NCBI GenBank assembly: GCA_035693805.1
Contig: DASSGA010000073.1
Span: forward strand, 1 to 38,991
Reading direction: 5' to 3'
Source: a bacterium
GTDB lineage: Bacteria > Sysuimicrobiota > Sysuimicrobiia > Sysuimicrobiales > Kaftiobacteriaceae
Length of the DNA stretch: 38,991 bases
Below the pieces are notes generated by a model. That model worked only from the letters and a program-made list of their open reading frames with translations, had not been told where the DNA came from and searched no databases. Of the stretch, positions 1 through 9,967 are shown piece by piece. The number at the start of each line of letters is the position of its first letter. Position 1 is the stretch's first letter. A program made the position numbers and the translations under genes.

Positions 1-158
1 GGGCCGCCGCCGGGATCGTCCTGGCGGTGATGCTCGTCGCCGTGGCGGGGCTGTTCCTGTTCGCCCGCAGCCGGCTGCGGTGGAAGGGACCCAGCCTCCC
101 TCAGGACCTGAGAGCGGACTGGGAGGCCATCCGGCAGCGCCTGGAGGAGCGACGATGA
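1..158 (+). CDS. 3' end of a window-truncated CDS (C-terminal TM helix plus charged tail), function unknown
   Basis: Frame is open from the window edge to TGA 156-158. Reads ..AAAGIVLAVMLVAVAGLFLFARSRLRWKG..IRQRLEERR*. The stop overlaps the next start (ATGA). No recognisable family. Confidence 0.3.
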   Translation, partial: AAAGIVLAVMLVAVAGLFLFARSRLRWKGPSLPQDLRADWEAIRQRLEERR

Positions 159-409
159 CGGACGCGCACGACCACCCCGAGGCGGCTCGCCTGCGGGAGC
201 AGATCGCCGCCGACCTGCGGTCTCTGAGACAAACCTTCCGGCGTCCCGCCGTGAGCACGATGCAGGCCGGGGACATCCCCGATCAGGTGAGCCGGATCCT
301 GCGCACGAACCCCGGATGGGCCACGGCCGCGGCGGCGGGCGCGCTCGCCGGTCTCGTGTTCTCGGTCCGGAACCGGCTGAAGAGAGCTCCCGTGGACTCG
401 CCCCGGTAA
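155..409 (+). CDS. small hypothetical tail-anchored membrane protein
   Basis: In-frame ATG 155 inside track ORF 80..409, preceded by GGAGGAG (143-149) and overlapping the upstream stop as ATGA. C-terminal hydrophobic segment GWATAAAAGALAGLVFSV. Resembles DUF883/DUF3618-like proteins, but the family is not confirmable by eye. Confidence 0.4.
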   Translation: MTDAHDHPEAARLREQIAADLRSLRQTFRRPAVSTMQAGDIPDQVSRILRTNPGWATAAAAGALAGLVFSVRNRLKRAPVDSPR

Positions 410-433
410 CGCGTCGCCCCGCCTCGTCGGCGA

Positions 434-442
434 TGCTATAAT
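434..442 (+). promoter_or_regulatory. candidate extended -10 promoter (TGCTATAAT) for tatA
   Basis: TGCTATAAT at 434-442, 19 nt upstream of tatA ATG 461, followed by SD GGAGGTGG (450-457). No clear -35. Confidence 0.4.
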
Positions 443-460
443 CAGCTCTGGAGGTGGGGC

Positions 461-643
461 ATGCCCAACATCGGCTGGCCGGAACTGATGGTGATCCTCA
501 TCATCGCGCTGCTGATCTTCGGACCGGCGCGCCTGGCGGGGATCGGTGGAGCGATGGGGCGCGCCATCCGGGAGTTCCGGGGCGCCGTCCGCGACGCCGA
601 GAACGAGGTCGAGAAGACCACGACCCCCGAAAAGCGCACATAG
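461..643 (+). CDS. tatA: twin-arginine translocase subunit TatA/E
   Basis: 60 aa. N-terminal TM helix plus hinge and amphipathic helix: MPNIGWPELMVILIIALLIFGPARL..GRAIREFR. Strong SD. Followed by tatC. Confidence 0.9.
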   Translation: MPNIGWPELMVILIIALLIFGPARLAGIGGAMGRAIREFRGAVRDAENEVEKTTTPEKRT

Positions 644-731
644 CTCGCCGACGCATGGGGTTGGATGGCGGAGCCGGAGCCTCGGCCATCCAACTTCTTT
701 TGTGTCGGAGGGCTGAAACGACTAGAGGAGG

Positions 732-1463
732 ATGATGGAAGACCGCCCGATGACGATCATCGAGCACCTCGAGGAACTGCGCCGGCGGCTCCTCATCGCG
801 ATCGGCGCGTTCGCGATCGGCACCGTCGTGTCATTCCTCTTCGTGGAGACGATCCTGCGCGTCCTCATCCGGCCGGTCGGGTCGGTAGTCTTCCTCGCCC
901 CCACCGAGGCCTTCTTCGTCCGGGTGAAAGTGGCGGCCCTCGCCGGGGTGCTGCTCAGCCTTCCGGTCGTGCTCGTCCAGGTCTGGCGCTTCGTGTCGGT
1001 GGGCCTCACGCCGAAGGAGCGCCGGTCCACCATGTCGCTGCTGCCGTTCTCGCTCCTCCTGTTCCTCGGCGGCGCCGCGTTCGCGTTCTTCGCCATCCTG
1101 CCGGTGGGTGTGCGCTTCCTGTTGAGCTATCAAACCGAGGCCCTCGTGCCGATGATCTCCATCGGCGCCTACACGTCGTTTGCGACGGCCTTCGTGCTCG
1201 CGTTCGGGCTCGTGTTCCAGCTGCCCGTTGTTATCCTCTTTCTGGCGCGACTCGGGATCGTCACACCGGCCAGCCTCGCCCGGGGCCGCCGGTACGCGCT
1301 GCTCGGGATCGTCGTCCTCTCCGCGGTCCTCACGCCCGGCGGGGACGTGGTCTCGCAGGCCATGATGGCCGTCCCCACGTATCTGCTGTACGAGGTGAGC
1401 ATCTGGGTGGCGCGGGCCTTCGCCCCATCGCGCCCGCGGCAGGAATCGCTTCCGGCAGACTGA
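732..1463 (+). CDS. tatC: twin-arginine translocase subunit TatC
   Basis: 243 aa polytopic membrane protein with the TatC N-terminal signature IIEHLEELRRRLL and multiple TM segments. Adjacent to tatA. Confidence 0.92.
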   Translation: MMEDRPMTIIEHLEELRRRLLIAIGAFAIGTVVSFLFVETILRVLIRPVGSVVFLAPTEAFFVRVKVAALAGVLLSLPVVLVQVWRFVSVGLTPKERRSTMSLLPFSLLLFLGGAAFAFFAILPVGVRFLLSYQTEALVPMISIGAYTSFATAFVLAFGLVFQLPVVILFLARLGIVTPASLARGRRYALLGIVVLSAVLTPGGDVVSQAMMAVPTYLLYEVSIWVARAFAPSRPRQESLPAD

Positions 1464-1524
1464 AACCCCACTCCTGGCGGCGGCGGAAGGCGGCCGCAGC
1501 CCATCTCGACGCGGCGGGAAAGGG

Positions 1525-1794
1525 ATGCGGTCGGGCAGGCGGGTACGCAACCCGTGGTGGATGCTGGTCGTCGTGGTCAGCCTGGGGGCCATCCTCGGTA
1601 TCGTGATCGGGGAGGCCCTCGTCGGCTACCCCGTCCTCGCGTTTCTCTCCCGCGACCTCCACGTCGGGGTCGATCCTCCCTTCACGGTTGATCTCAAGTT
1701 CTTCACCTTCACGCTCGGGTTCACGTTCCGCCTGAACCTCGCCGTGCCGATTGGCATCGTCATCGCCATCTGGATCTTTCGGCTGCTGCAGTAG
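1525..1794 (+). CDS. DUF4321-family small membrane protein
   Basis: 89 aa. Pattern TM-(G..LG)-...DLHVGVDPPFTVDLKFFTFTLGFTFRLNLA-TM-IFRLL matches my recollection of DUF4321 proteins found next to radC/mreB in Firmicutes-like genomes. Confidence 0.65.
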   Translation: MRSGRRVRNPWWMLVVVVSLGAILGIVIGEALVGYPVLAFLSRDLHVGVDPPFTVDLKFFTFTLGFTFRLNLAVPIGIVIAIWIFRLLQ

Positions 1795-1835
1795 TCGCCT
1801 CCGGCGAATGACCCAAGCGAGGGACGCCGGCCGCA

Positions 1836-2573
1836 TTGAAGCCTCCCGCGGCCGGCCGTATACTTGTCCCGGCTGACAACAGGTCCACGCGTCCCCCCGT
1901 GAGCATCAAGCAGCTGCCAACCGAACTGCGCCCCCGCGAACGCCTCCGGGCCCGGGGGGCCGACGCGCTCTCCCCGGCCGAGCTCCTGGCGGTCATCATC
2001 GGCACGGGTACGCGGGCGGCCTCGGCCCTCGAGATCGGCACCCGCCTGCTCCGCCACTTTGGATCCCTCCCCGGTTTGGCCGCCGCCCCGCTGGAAGAGG
2101 TCACGACCGTTGCCGGGGTGGGTGAGGCGCGCGCGCTCCAGGTCCGGGCCGCCATCGAGCTGGGCCGGCGGGTCGTCGAGCCCGCGCCCGCCCGTCGTGT
2201 CGTCCGCTCGGCCGCCGATGCTGCGGCGGTGTGCGCGCCGATGCGCCGGCTCGACCGCGAGCACTTCCGGGTGCTCCTCCTCAACACCCGCCACGAGATC
2301 CTGGACGTCGTGGATGTCTCCGTGGGCGGGCTGGCCTCGGCGCCCGTCCACCCCCGCGAGGTGTTCAAGGACGCGATCCGGCGCAGCGCCGCGGCGGTGA
2401 TCCTGGTGCACAACCACCCGTCCGGCCACCCCGAGCCCAGCCGGGACGACGTCCTCATCACCGAGCAATTGCGCGCCGCGGGTCATCTGGTGGGGATCGA
2501 GGTCCTGGACCATCTGATCATCGGCGAGAGGACGTTCACGAGCCTTCGCGAACAACGGCAGGGGTTTCCTTAG
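1836..2573 (+). CDS. radC: RadC-family JAMM/MPN+ protein
   Basis: HhH N-domain (LSPAELLAVIIGTG..) and JAMM motif HNHPSGHPEPSRDD. Classic position upstream of mreB. An in-frame GTG at 1899 (VSIKQLP..) is an alternative, possibly better, start. Confidence 0.85.
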   Translation: MKPPAAGRILVPADNRSTRPPVSIKQLPTELRPRERLRARGADALSPAELLAVIIGTGTRAASALEIGTRLLRHFGSLPGLAAAPLEEVTTVAGVGEARALQVRAAIELGRRVVEPAPARRVVRSAADAAAVCAPMRRLDREHFRVLLLNTRHEILDVVDVSVGGLASAPVHPREVFKDAIRRSAAAVILVHNHPSGHPEPSRDDVLITEQLRAAGHLVGIEVLDHLIIGERTFTSLREQRQGFP

Positions 2574-2643
2574 TCGGCGCGCCCGCGATGCGGGCGCGGC
2601 CGCACGCGCTGCGGACTGGCAACGGGGGGGTAGGGTATGATGA

Positions 2644-3705
<1,062 letters not shown>

Positions 3706-3710
3706 CCGGT

Positions 3711-4535
3711 GTGAGCGAGCTCCTCCTCGCGCGGCGGCGCATCGCGATCTTCCTCGTGCTCGTGCTGTTCAGCCTGGTGCTGCTGAGCAGTCAGACCCGA
3801 ACCGCCGATCGGCGCGAGGTGGGGGCGGTCGGGAGGGCGATCCTGACCGTGCTGCTGCCCGTGCAGGCGGGGTTGGTCCGGCTCGCCGACGGGATCGGGC
3901 AGGTCTGGCAGCGTTTCACCGAGATCGGGCGGCTGCGGGTGGAGAACGCGCGGCTGCGCGCCCAGGTGGAGGCGCTCAACCGCGAGGTGGCCGCCCTGCG
4001 CGAGGCCGCCGCGGCGACGGAGCGGCTGGAGCGGCTGCTGCAACTGCGGGCGCAGGTGAGTTACCACGGCGTGGCGGCCCGCGTGATCGGCCGCGATCCG
4101 AGCCGCTGGTTCAGCACGGTGATCATCGACCGCGGCAGCCGGGATGGGCTGGCGCGCAACGCGCCGGTGGTCACCCCGGACGGCGTGGTGGGACGGGTGA
4201 TCGAGGTGACCCCGTTCGCCTCGCGTGTGCTGCTGATCGCCGACTCGCGGAGCGCCGTGGGCGTGCTGGTGCAGGACTCGCGCGACGCGGCCGTGGTCGA
4301 GGGACGGGGCATGGAACGTCTCCACCTCAAGTACCTGTCGCGCGCGGCGAGGGTGGAGACGGACGATCTGCTGGTCACCTCCGGGCTGGGCGGAGTGTTC
4401 CCCCGCGGCCTGGTCGTGGGACGGATCATCACCGTGGTACGAGAGGAGGGAGCACTGCTGCAGGAAGCCGAGGTGGAACCGGCGGCGCAGCTGGGCCGGC
4501 TCGAGGAGTTGCTGGTCCTCCTGCCGCGGCAGTGA
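3711..4535 (+). CDS. mreC: rod shape-determining protein MreC
   Basis: N-terminal TM, coiled-coil (ENARLRAQVEALNREVAALRE), C-terminal beta domains (VVTPDGVVGRV, LLVTSGLGGVFPRGL.VGRI). GTG start 5 nt after the mreB stop. Confidence 0.85.
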   Translation: MSELLLARRRIAIFLVLVLFSLVLLSSQTRTADRREVGAVGRAILTVLLPVQAGLVRLADGIGQVWQRFTEIGRLRVENARLRAQVEALNREVAALREAAAATERLERLLQLRAQVSYHGVAARVIGRDPSRWFSTVIIDRGSRDGLARNAPVVTPDGVVGRVIEVTPFASRVLLIADSRSAVGVLVQDSRDAAVVEGRGMERLHLKYLSRAARVETDDLLVTSGLGGVFPRGLVVGRIITVVREEGALLQEAEVEPAAQLGRLEELLVLLPRQ

Positions 4536-5023
4536 ACAGGGCGCTCGTCTACAGCGGCCTGCTGGTCGCAGCCGGGCTCGTGCACGGAGCGTGGCTGGCG
4601 CGTGTCGAGATTTCAGGGGCGATCCTGGATCCGTTGCTGCCGATCGCGGTGGCGGTCGGCATCCTGCGGGGGGCTGAGTCCGGTGCAGCGGTGGGGCTGG
4701 CCGGGGGGCTTCTGCAGGACCTGCTGGGCGGGGGGCCGCTCGGCGTCAACGGACTCACCAAGCTGGTGGTCGGATTCGCCTCAGGGCTGTTTGAGCGCAG
4801 CATCTACATCGAGAACCCGCTCCTGCCGGCTGTCGCCACCTTCGCAGGCACCCTGCTCAGCGAGATCCTCCTCGTGGTCGTGGGACAGGTCACGGGCCTC
4901 GGTCTGGAGAGCGCGGGGGCGCTGCCCCGCATGTTCGCCCAGGCCATCCTGAACAGCGCCGTTGCGCCGTTCCTGTTCCGCGGCATCAGACGGATCGAGG
5001 TTCGGATCGAGCGGTCACGGTAA
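4532..5023 (+). CDS. mreD: rod shape-determining protein MreD
   Basis: 163 aa polytopic hydrophobic protein. GTGA overlap with the mreC stop. Position in the mreBCD operon. Confidence 0.75.
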   Translation: MNRALVYSGLLVAAGLVHGAWLARVEISGAILDPLLPIAVAVGILRGAESGAAVGLAGGLLQDLLGGGPLGVNGLTKLVVGFASGLFERSIYIENPLLPAVATFAGTLLSEILLVVVGQVTGLGLESAGALPRMFAQAILNSAVAPFLFRGIRRIEVRIERSR

Positions 5024-5027
5024 TCAC

Positions 5028-6806
5028 ATGCGCATGGACTACATCCCGCCCACGCGGCGGCTCCGCGTGCTCAACGCGATCATTGTCGCGCTCATCGGCA
5101 TGCTGGTCGGACGGCTGTGGCAGATCCAGGTGCTGCAGGGTGCGCAATTCCTGCGCCTCTCCGAGGAGAACCGCGTCCGTGATTACACCATCACCGCGCC
5201 CCGCGGGGTGATCTACGACCGGAAAGGCCGGCCGCTGGTCAGCAACCGCCCCTCGTTCACCGTGGCCATCCTGCCGCTCGAGCTGATCGAGCCCGCGAAG
5301 GTCCTGCCGCATCTCGCCGCGCTGATCGGCGTGCCGATCGAAGAGATCCGCGGCCGGATCGAGGCGAACCGCACGCGGCCCTTCGAGCCGGTGCGCATCC
5401 GCCGGGACGTGGGCGCCGGGGTCGTCGCGAAGATCGAGGAGAACCGCCTCGACCTGCCGGGGGTGATCATCCTCGCGGAACCGGTGCGCCACTACCTCTA
5501 CGGACAGATGGGCGCGCACGTCTTCGGCCACGTGGGCGAGGTGAGCGAGGCCGAACTGGCGGAGCGCCGCGATCAGGGCTACAAGCTCGGCGATCTCATC
5601 GGCAAAGCGGGCGTCGAGCGGGTGTACGAGCCGGTCCTGCGCGGGGTGGACGGGCGGTTGCGGATGGAGGTGGATGCTTTCGGACGCCCCCTTCGTGTGC
5701 TGCAGCAGGTCGGCGCGATTCCGGGGCGTCCGATCGTCCTGGCTCTCGACCTCAGCTTGCAGAAGGCCGCATACGACGGCCTGCGCAGCAGTGGCCAGCG
5801 CTCGGGCGCCGTCGTGGCGATGGATCCCCGGACCGGCGAGATCCTGGCCTTGGAGAGCATGCCTGCTTACGATCCCAACCTGTTTGCGATCGGCATCACC
5901 GCTCAGAAGTGGCAGGCTCTGACCACGGACCCGTTGAGGCCGCTCCTGAACCGAGCCCTCGGGGCGGCGTTCGAGCCTGGTTCGGTGTTCAAGATCGTTA
6001 CCGCAACGGCGGCGCTCGAGGAAGGCATCGTCAACCGAACCAGCACCTTCTACGCGCCAGGGTACTTTCGCCTCGGCCGCTGGGTGTTCGGGGATCTGCG
6101 CGCCTGGGGGACCGTCACCTTCCTTCAGGGGATCCAGAACTCCATCAACGTCGTCTTCTACACGCTGGGCTTCCGGCTCGGCGGTGAGAAGCTCGCCGCG
6201 TACGCCAGGAAGATGGGTCTCGGGGACAAGACCGGTGTCGACCTCACCGGCGAGATCGCCGGGACCATCCCGAGCCCCTCGACCAAATTGCATTTGATCG
6301 GCGAGCCCTGGTATCCGGGCGATGCCGTGAACATGTCGATCGGGCAGGGGGCCGTGACGGTGACGCCGCTGCAGGTCGCGCGGATGATCTCCTCCGTCGC
6401 CAACGGCGGGACGCTGCTCCAGCCGCACGTCCTCCTCCAGGCGCAGGGCGCCGACCGCAAACCGCAGCCGGCGCCGGTCGTTGTTCAGGCCAGCGGCGTG
6501 TACGGCGCGAAGACGCTGGCCGTCCTCCACGAAGGGCTGCGGGCGGCGGTGGAGCGCGGCACCGGCCGGGCCACGAACCTCAAACAGGTCGCCGTGGCCG
6601 GCAAGACCGGCAGCGCCGAGAACCCGCGCGGCAAGCCGCACGCGTGGTTCGCAGGATACGCGCCGGTAGACGCACCGCGCGTGGCCGTTGTTGCGTTCGT
6701 GGAGCATGGCTTCCGCGGCGGACTGGCGGCTGCGCCTATCGTCCGCCGTGTACTTGAGGCGGCGTTCCCGGCGCCCGAGGCCAGCGCGCGGGAGACTCAG
6801 CCATGA
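5028..6806 (+). CDS. mrdA: penicillin-binding protein 2 (elongasome transpeptidase)
   Basis: In-frame ATG 5028 just after the mreD stop (the track ORF begins at 4962 inside mreD). TM anchor, then SxxK (GSVFK), SxN (NSIN) and KTG (KTGSA) motifs. Followed by rodA. Confidence 0.9.
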   Translation: MRMDYIPPTRRLRVLNAIIVALIGMLVGRLWQIQVLQGAQFLRLSEENRVRDYTITAPRGVIYDRKGRPLVSNRPSFTVAILPLELIEPAKVLPHLAALIGVPIEEIRGRIEANRTRPFEPVRIRRDVGAGVVAKIEENRLDLPGVIILAEPVRHYLYGQMGAHVFGHVGEVSEAELAERRDQGYKLGDLIGKAGVERVYEPVLRGVDGRLRMEVDAFGRPLRVLQQVGAIPGRPIVLALDLSLQKAAYDGLRSSGQRSGAVVAMDPRTGEILALESMPAYDPNLFAIGITAQKWQALTTDPLRPLLNRALGAAFEPGSVFKIVTATAALEEGIVNRTSTFYAPGYFRLGRWVFGDLRAWGTVTFLQGIQNSINVVFYTLGFRLGGEKLAAYARKMGLGDKTGVDLTGEIAGTIPSPSTKLHLIGEPWYPGDAVNMSIGQGAVTVTPLQVARMISSVANGGTLLQPHVLLQAQGADRKPQPAPVVVQASGVYGAKTLAVLHEGLRAAVERGTGRATNLKQVAVAGKTGSAENPRGKPHAWFAGYAPVDAPRVAVVAFVEHGFRGGLAAAPIVRRVLEAAFPAPEASARETQP

Positions 6807-7894
6807 GCCGCCGCATGCTGCGGTACATCGACTGGGGCCTGGTCGGGGCCACGCTCGGTCTCGTCATCGGCGGGGCCGTCGTCCTCTACTCCGCCACCCG
6901 CACGTTCCCCGATCCGTGGGGGTTCGTGAAGGCGCGGGCGATGCACGCGGCGCTGGGCCTGGCCGTCCTGGTGGTCTTCACGGCTGTGGATTACCAGGCG
7001 CTCGGGCGGCTCTGGCGGCCGCTGCTGCTCGGCACCATCGTCCTCCTCGCCGTCGTGGACGTGATCGGCCGCACGGCGCAGGGCGCCCAGCGCTGGATTC
7101 CGCTGGGTCCGTTGAGCTTCCAGCCCTCGGAGGTGGCCAAGCTCGTACTCATCATCACCTTCGCCAAGCATCTCGACGGCCACCGTGAGATCACCTCGTT
7201 GCGCCAGCTCGTGCCCATCCTGCTCCATGCCGCGCTGCCCATCGCGCTCATCGTCCAGCAGCCGGACATGGGCACGTCGATGGTGCTGCTGGCCATCTTG
7301 GCCACGATGCTCTTCGCGGCGGGGACGCCCCTGCGGGCGATGGCGGGGCTCGGCGCGGCAGCGGCGATCGCCGCGCCGGTCCTCTGGCAGGCGCTGCACG
7401 ACTACCAGCGCCGCCGGCTCCTCGTCTTCATCGACCCGGGGATGGACCCGCTCGGCGCGGGCTACGCCCTCATCCAGTCCAAGATCGCCGTGGGGTCCGG
7501 GCAGCTGTTCGGCAAAGGCTTCCTGCACGGGACGCAGAACCTGCTGCACTTCATCCCGGAGCAGCACACGGACTTCATCTTCACGGTCATCGGCGAAGAG
7601 TTCGGCTTCGCCGGCGCCGTCATCATGCTGGCGCTGTTCGGCCTGTGGCTCTGGCGGGCCATGACCGCCGCGATGCAGGCCAAGGACCGGCTCGGCATGC
7701 TCATGGCGGTGGGCGTCCTTGCCATGATCGCGTTCCACCTGTTCATCAACGTCGGCATGACGGTGGGCCTCGCCCCCGTCACCGGCATTCCCCTGCCGTT
7801 CATCAGCCACGGGGGCAGCGCGCTGCTCGCGATGCTCGCCGGCACGGGGCTGCTGCTGAACATCGGCATGCGCCGTAAGAAGATTCTCTTTTAG
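6803..7894 (+). CDS. rodA: SEDS-family peptidoglycan glycosyltransferase RodA
   Basis: 363 aa, about 10 TM. FtsW/RodA/SpoVE signatures (QPSE.AK, PE.HTDFIF, TG.PLPF.S.GGS). ATGA overlap with mrdA. Confidence 0.9.
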   Translation: MSRRMLRYIDWGLVGATLGLVIGGAVVLYSATRTFPDPWGFVKARAMHAALGLAVLVVFTAVDYQALGRLWRPLLLGTIVLLAVVDVIGRTAQGAQRWIPLGPLSFQPSEVAKLVLIITFAKHLDGHREITSLRQLVPILLHAALPIALIVQQPDMGTSMVLLAILATMLFAAGTPLRAMAGLGAAAAIAAPVLWQALHDYQRRRLLVFIDPGMDPLGAGYALIQSKIAVGSGQLFGKGFLHGTQNLLHFIPEQHTDFIFTVIGEEFGFAGAVIMLALFGLWLWRAMTAAMQAKDRLGMLMAVGVLAMIAFHLFINVGMTVGLAPVTGIPLPFISHGGSALLAMLAGTGLLLNIGMRRKKILF

Positions 7895-7902
7895 GAGTCG
7901 AC

Positions 7903-9549
7903 ATGGCCAAAGAGATCATCGCGAACATCGATCCACTCGAAACCCGTGTCGCCGTGCTCGACCAGGGCACCCTCGTCAACCTGTACATCGAGCGCGGGGA
8001 GCCGCTGGCCGGCAACATCTACAAGAGCCGCGTGGCGAACGTCCTGCCCGGGATGGAGGCGGCGTTCGTGGACATCGGCCTCGAGCGCAACGCCTTTCTC
8101 CACGTGGGCGACATCCGCTCGCAGCGTCTGGCCGGGGAGGAGGTCGAGGAGTCGTTCGGCAAGGGCGCTATCGCCCAACGCCTGCGCGTCGGTCAGGAGA
8201 TCCTGGTCCAGGTCACCAAGGAGCCGATGGGCACGAAGGGCGCGCGCGTCACGACCTACGTCGCCCTGCCCGCGTACTACGTCGTCCTCATGCCGACGGT
8301 GAACTACGTCGGCGTGAGCCGGCGCATCGAGAACGAACCGGAGCGCAAACGCCTGCGCCAGATGGCCGACCGGCTGCGGCCGAAGGGCATGGGGGTCATC
8401 GTGCGCACCGCGGCCGAGGGCGCGGAGGAAAAGGATCTCACCCAGGACATCCAGTTCCTCCTGCAGGTCTGGAACCGCGTTGAGGAGCGCTCCAAGAGCA
8501 GCCGCGCGCCGGCCCTCGTGTACCAGGACCTACACCTCATCCGCCGCGTCGTGCGGGACCTCTTCACCGACGAGGTGGAGCGTTTCCTGATCGACTCGAA
8601 GGAGGAGTTCCAGCGCGTCCAGGACCTGCTCGGGTCGTTCGCGCCGCAGCTCAAGCCGCGCGTGCATCTCTATCGCGGGGAGACCTCGGTCTTCGAGCAC
8701 ACCGGCGTGGAGCGCGAGCTCGAGAAGGCCCTCCGCCGCAAGGTCTGGCTGAAGTCGGGCGGCTACATCGTGGTGGACCGCACCGAGGCGCTCACGATCA
8801 TGGACGTGAACACCGGGAAGTACGTGGGGAAGACGGACCTGGCCAGCACGATCCTGCGCACCAACCTCGAGGCCGTGGAGGAGACCATCCGCCAGATCAT
8901 GCTCCGTGACATCGGCGGGATCATCCTCGTCGACTTCATCGATATGGAGAGCGAGTCGCACCGCAAGAAGGTCATGGCCGCACTCCACGAGGCGGTGCGG
9001 CGCGACCGCTCCAAGGTCCACATCATCGACATGACCGGCCTGGGGGTTGTCGAGATCACGCGCAAGCGCATGTACCAGGATCTCGAAGAGGTCATGCGCG
9101 AGCCCTGCCCGTACTGCGAGGGGCGGGGGCGCGTGCTCTCCGCGGAGACGATGGCCCTGCGCGTGCGCCGCGAGCTGCGCCGGCTGCTGCGGGCCGCCAA
9201 GGGCAAAGCCATGCTGCTTGAGGTGCACCCGGAGGTGCACCAGCGGCTGACCGACGGCGGCGACGGATGGCTGCGCCAGCTGGAGAGCCAGACCGGCAAG
9301 AGCGTGCGGTTGCGCGGTCGGGACGGGCTGCACGTGGAGCGGATGCGGGTCGTCGAATCGGACGCCGTTGAGGCGCTCGACCAAGCGGCGCGCGAAGGGC
9401 AGCGCGAGCAACTCTTTTGGATCGACCACGAGCCCTCCGACGCCGTGGGGCTCACCGAGCCGGACGAAGAGCAGGAGGTGGCGCTCGCCGCCCCGGGCCG
9501 GCGGGACGGTCTCCTCACGCGGCTGCGGCGATTGCTCGGTGGAACGTGA
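7903..9549 (+). CDS. rng: ribonuclease G/E-family endoribonuclease
   Basis: 548 aa. N-terminal S1 domain (GNIYKSRVANVLPGMEAAFVDIGLERNAFLH), catalytic core (DVNTGKY, IILVDFIDM) and CPYCEGRG zinc-link. Position upstream of rplU as in many Firmicutes-like genomes. Confidence 0.88.
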   Translation: MAKEIIANIDPLETRVAVLDQGTLVNLYIERGEPLAGNIYKSRVANVLPGMEAAFVDIGLERNAFLHVGDIRSQRLAGEEVEESFGKGAIAQRLRVGQEILVQVTKEPMGTKGARVTTYVALPAYYVVLMPTVNYVGVSRRIENEPERKRLRQMADRLRPKGMGVIVRTAAEGAEEKDLTQDIQFLLQVWNRVEERSKSSRAPALVYQDLHLIRRVVRDLFTDEVERFLIDSKEEFQRVQDLLGSFAPQLKPRVHLYRGETSVFEHTGVERELEKALRRKVWLKSGGYIVVDRTEALTIMDVNTGKYVGKTDLASTILRTNLEAVEETIRQIMLRDIGGIILVDFIDMESESHRKKVMAALHEAVRRDRSKVHIIDMTGLGVVEITRKRMYQDLEEVMREPCPYCEGRGRVLSAETMALRVRRELRRLLRAAKGKAMLLEVHPEVHQRLTDGGDGWLRQLESQTGKSVRLRGRDGLHVERMRVVESDAVEALDQAAREGQREQLFWIDHEPSDAVGLTEPDEEQEVALAAPGRRDGLLTRLRRLLGGT

Positions 9550-9551
9550 TG

Positions 9552-9603
9552 TGATAGAATGCCACGCGTCCGCCCCCGTGCCGCCGTGATGCGGCGCGGG
9601 GGC
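9552..9603 (+). promoter_or_regulatory. candidate extended -10 promoter (TGATAGAAT 9552-9560) plus 13-bp leader hairpin (9572-9603) upstream of rplU; possible L21-leader-type element or rng terminator
   Basis: GCCCCCGUGCCGC-CGUGAU-GCGGCGCGGGGGC pairs perfectly (one G-U). It lies between the rng stop (9549) and the rplU SD (AGGAGC 9630). Confidence 0.4.
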
Positions 9604-9642
9604 TATTGAGCCCTGGAGTGGTTGAGGTCAGGAGCGATTGTC

Positions 9643-9954
9643 ATGTACGCAGTGATCGAGAGCGGCGGGAAGCAGTACCGCGTGGAAGAAGGCGCGACGC
9701 TGCGGGTGGAGCTCCTGGAGGCGACACCTGGGGCGGAAGTGACCCTGGACCGGGTCTTGTACGTGTCTGACGGCGAGAAGGTCACCGTGGGGGCGCCCCT
9801 CGTGAAGGGCGCGGCCGTGCGGGCCACGGTGCTCGGCCACGACCGGGCGAAGAAGATCATCGTCTTCAAGTACAAGTCGAAAGCGCACTACCGCCGGAAG
9901 CAGGGGCATCGCCAGCACTTCACGGCCCTGCGCATCGACAAGATCACGCTGTAA
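9643..9954 (+). CDS. rplU: 50S ribosomal protein L21
   Basis: [17 protein letters not shown].. is the canonical L21 N-terminus. ATG 9643 is in frame within track ORF 9622..9954 and is preceded by an SD. Confidence 0.93.
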   Translation: MYAVIESGGKQYRVEEGATLRVELLEATPGAEVTLDRVLYVSDGEKVTVGAPLVKGAAVRATVLGHDRAKKIIVFKYKSKAHYRRKQGHRQHFTALRIDKITL

Positions 9955-9967
9955 CCGAGGGCAGGCC

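Noticed and set aside
665-1606. 313-aa ORF overlapping tatC out of frame
   Set aside because: The TatC frame (732..1463) has the family signature and hydrophobic TM pattern. The alternative frame is Arg/Pro-rich with no features.
2578-2598. GC-rich hairpin (CGCGCCCGC-GAT-GCGGGCGCG) after radC as a terminator
   Set aside because: It has only a 3-nt loop and no U-tract, and mreB follows in the same direction. It is too ambiguous to call and could be incidental GC palindromy.
4986-6707. 573-aa minus-strand ORF antisense to mrdA
   Set aside because: It is Arg/Pro/Gly/Asp/His-rich with no recognisable motifs, and it lies exactly opposite a well-supported PBP2 CDS. This is a typical stop-codon-poor antisense frame in GC-rich DNA.
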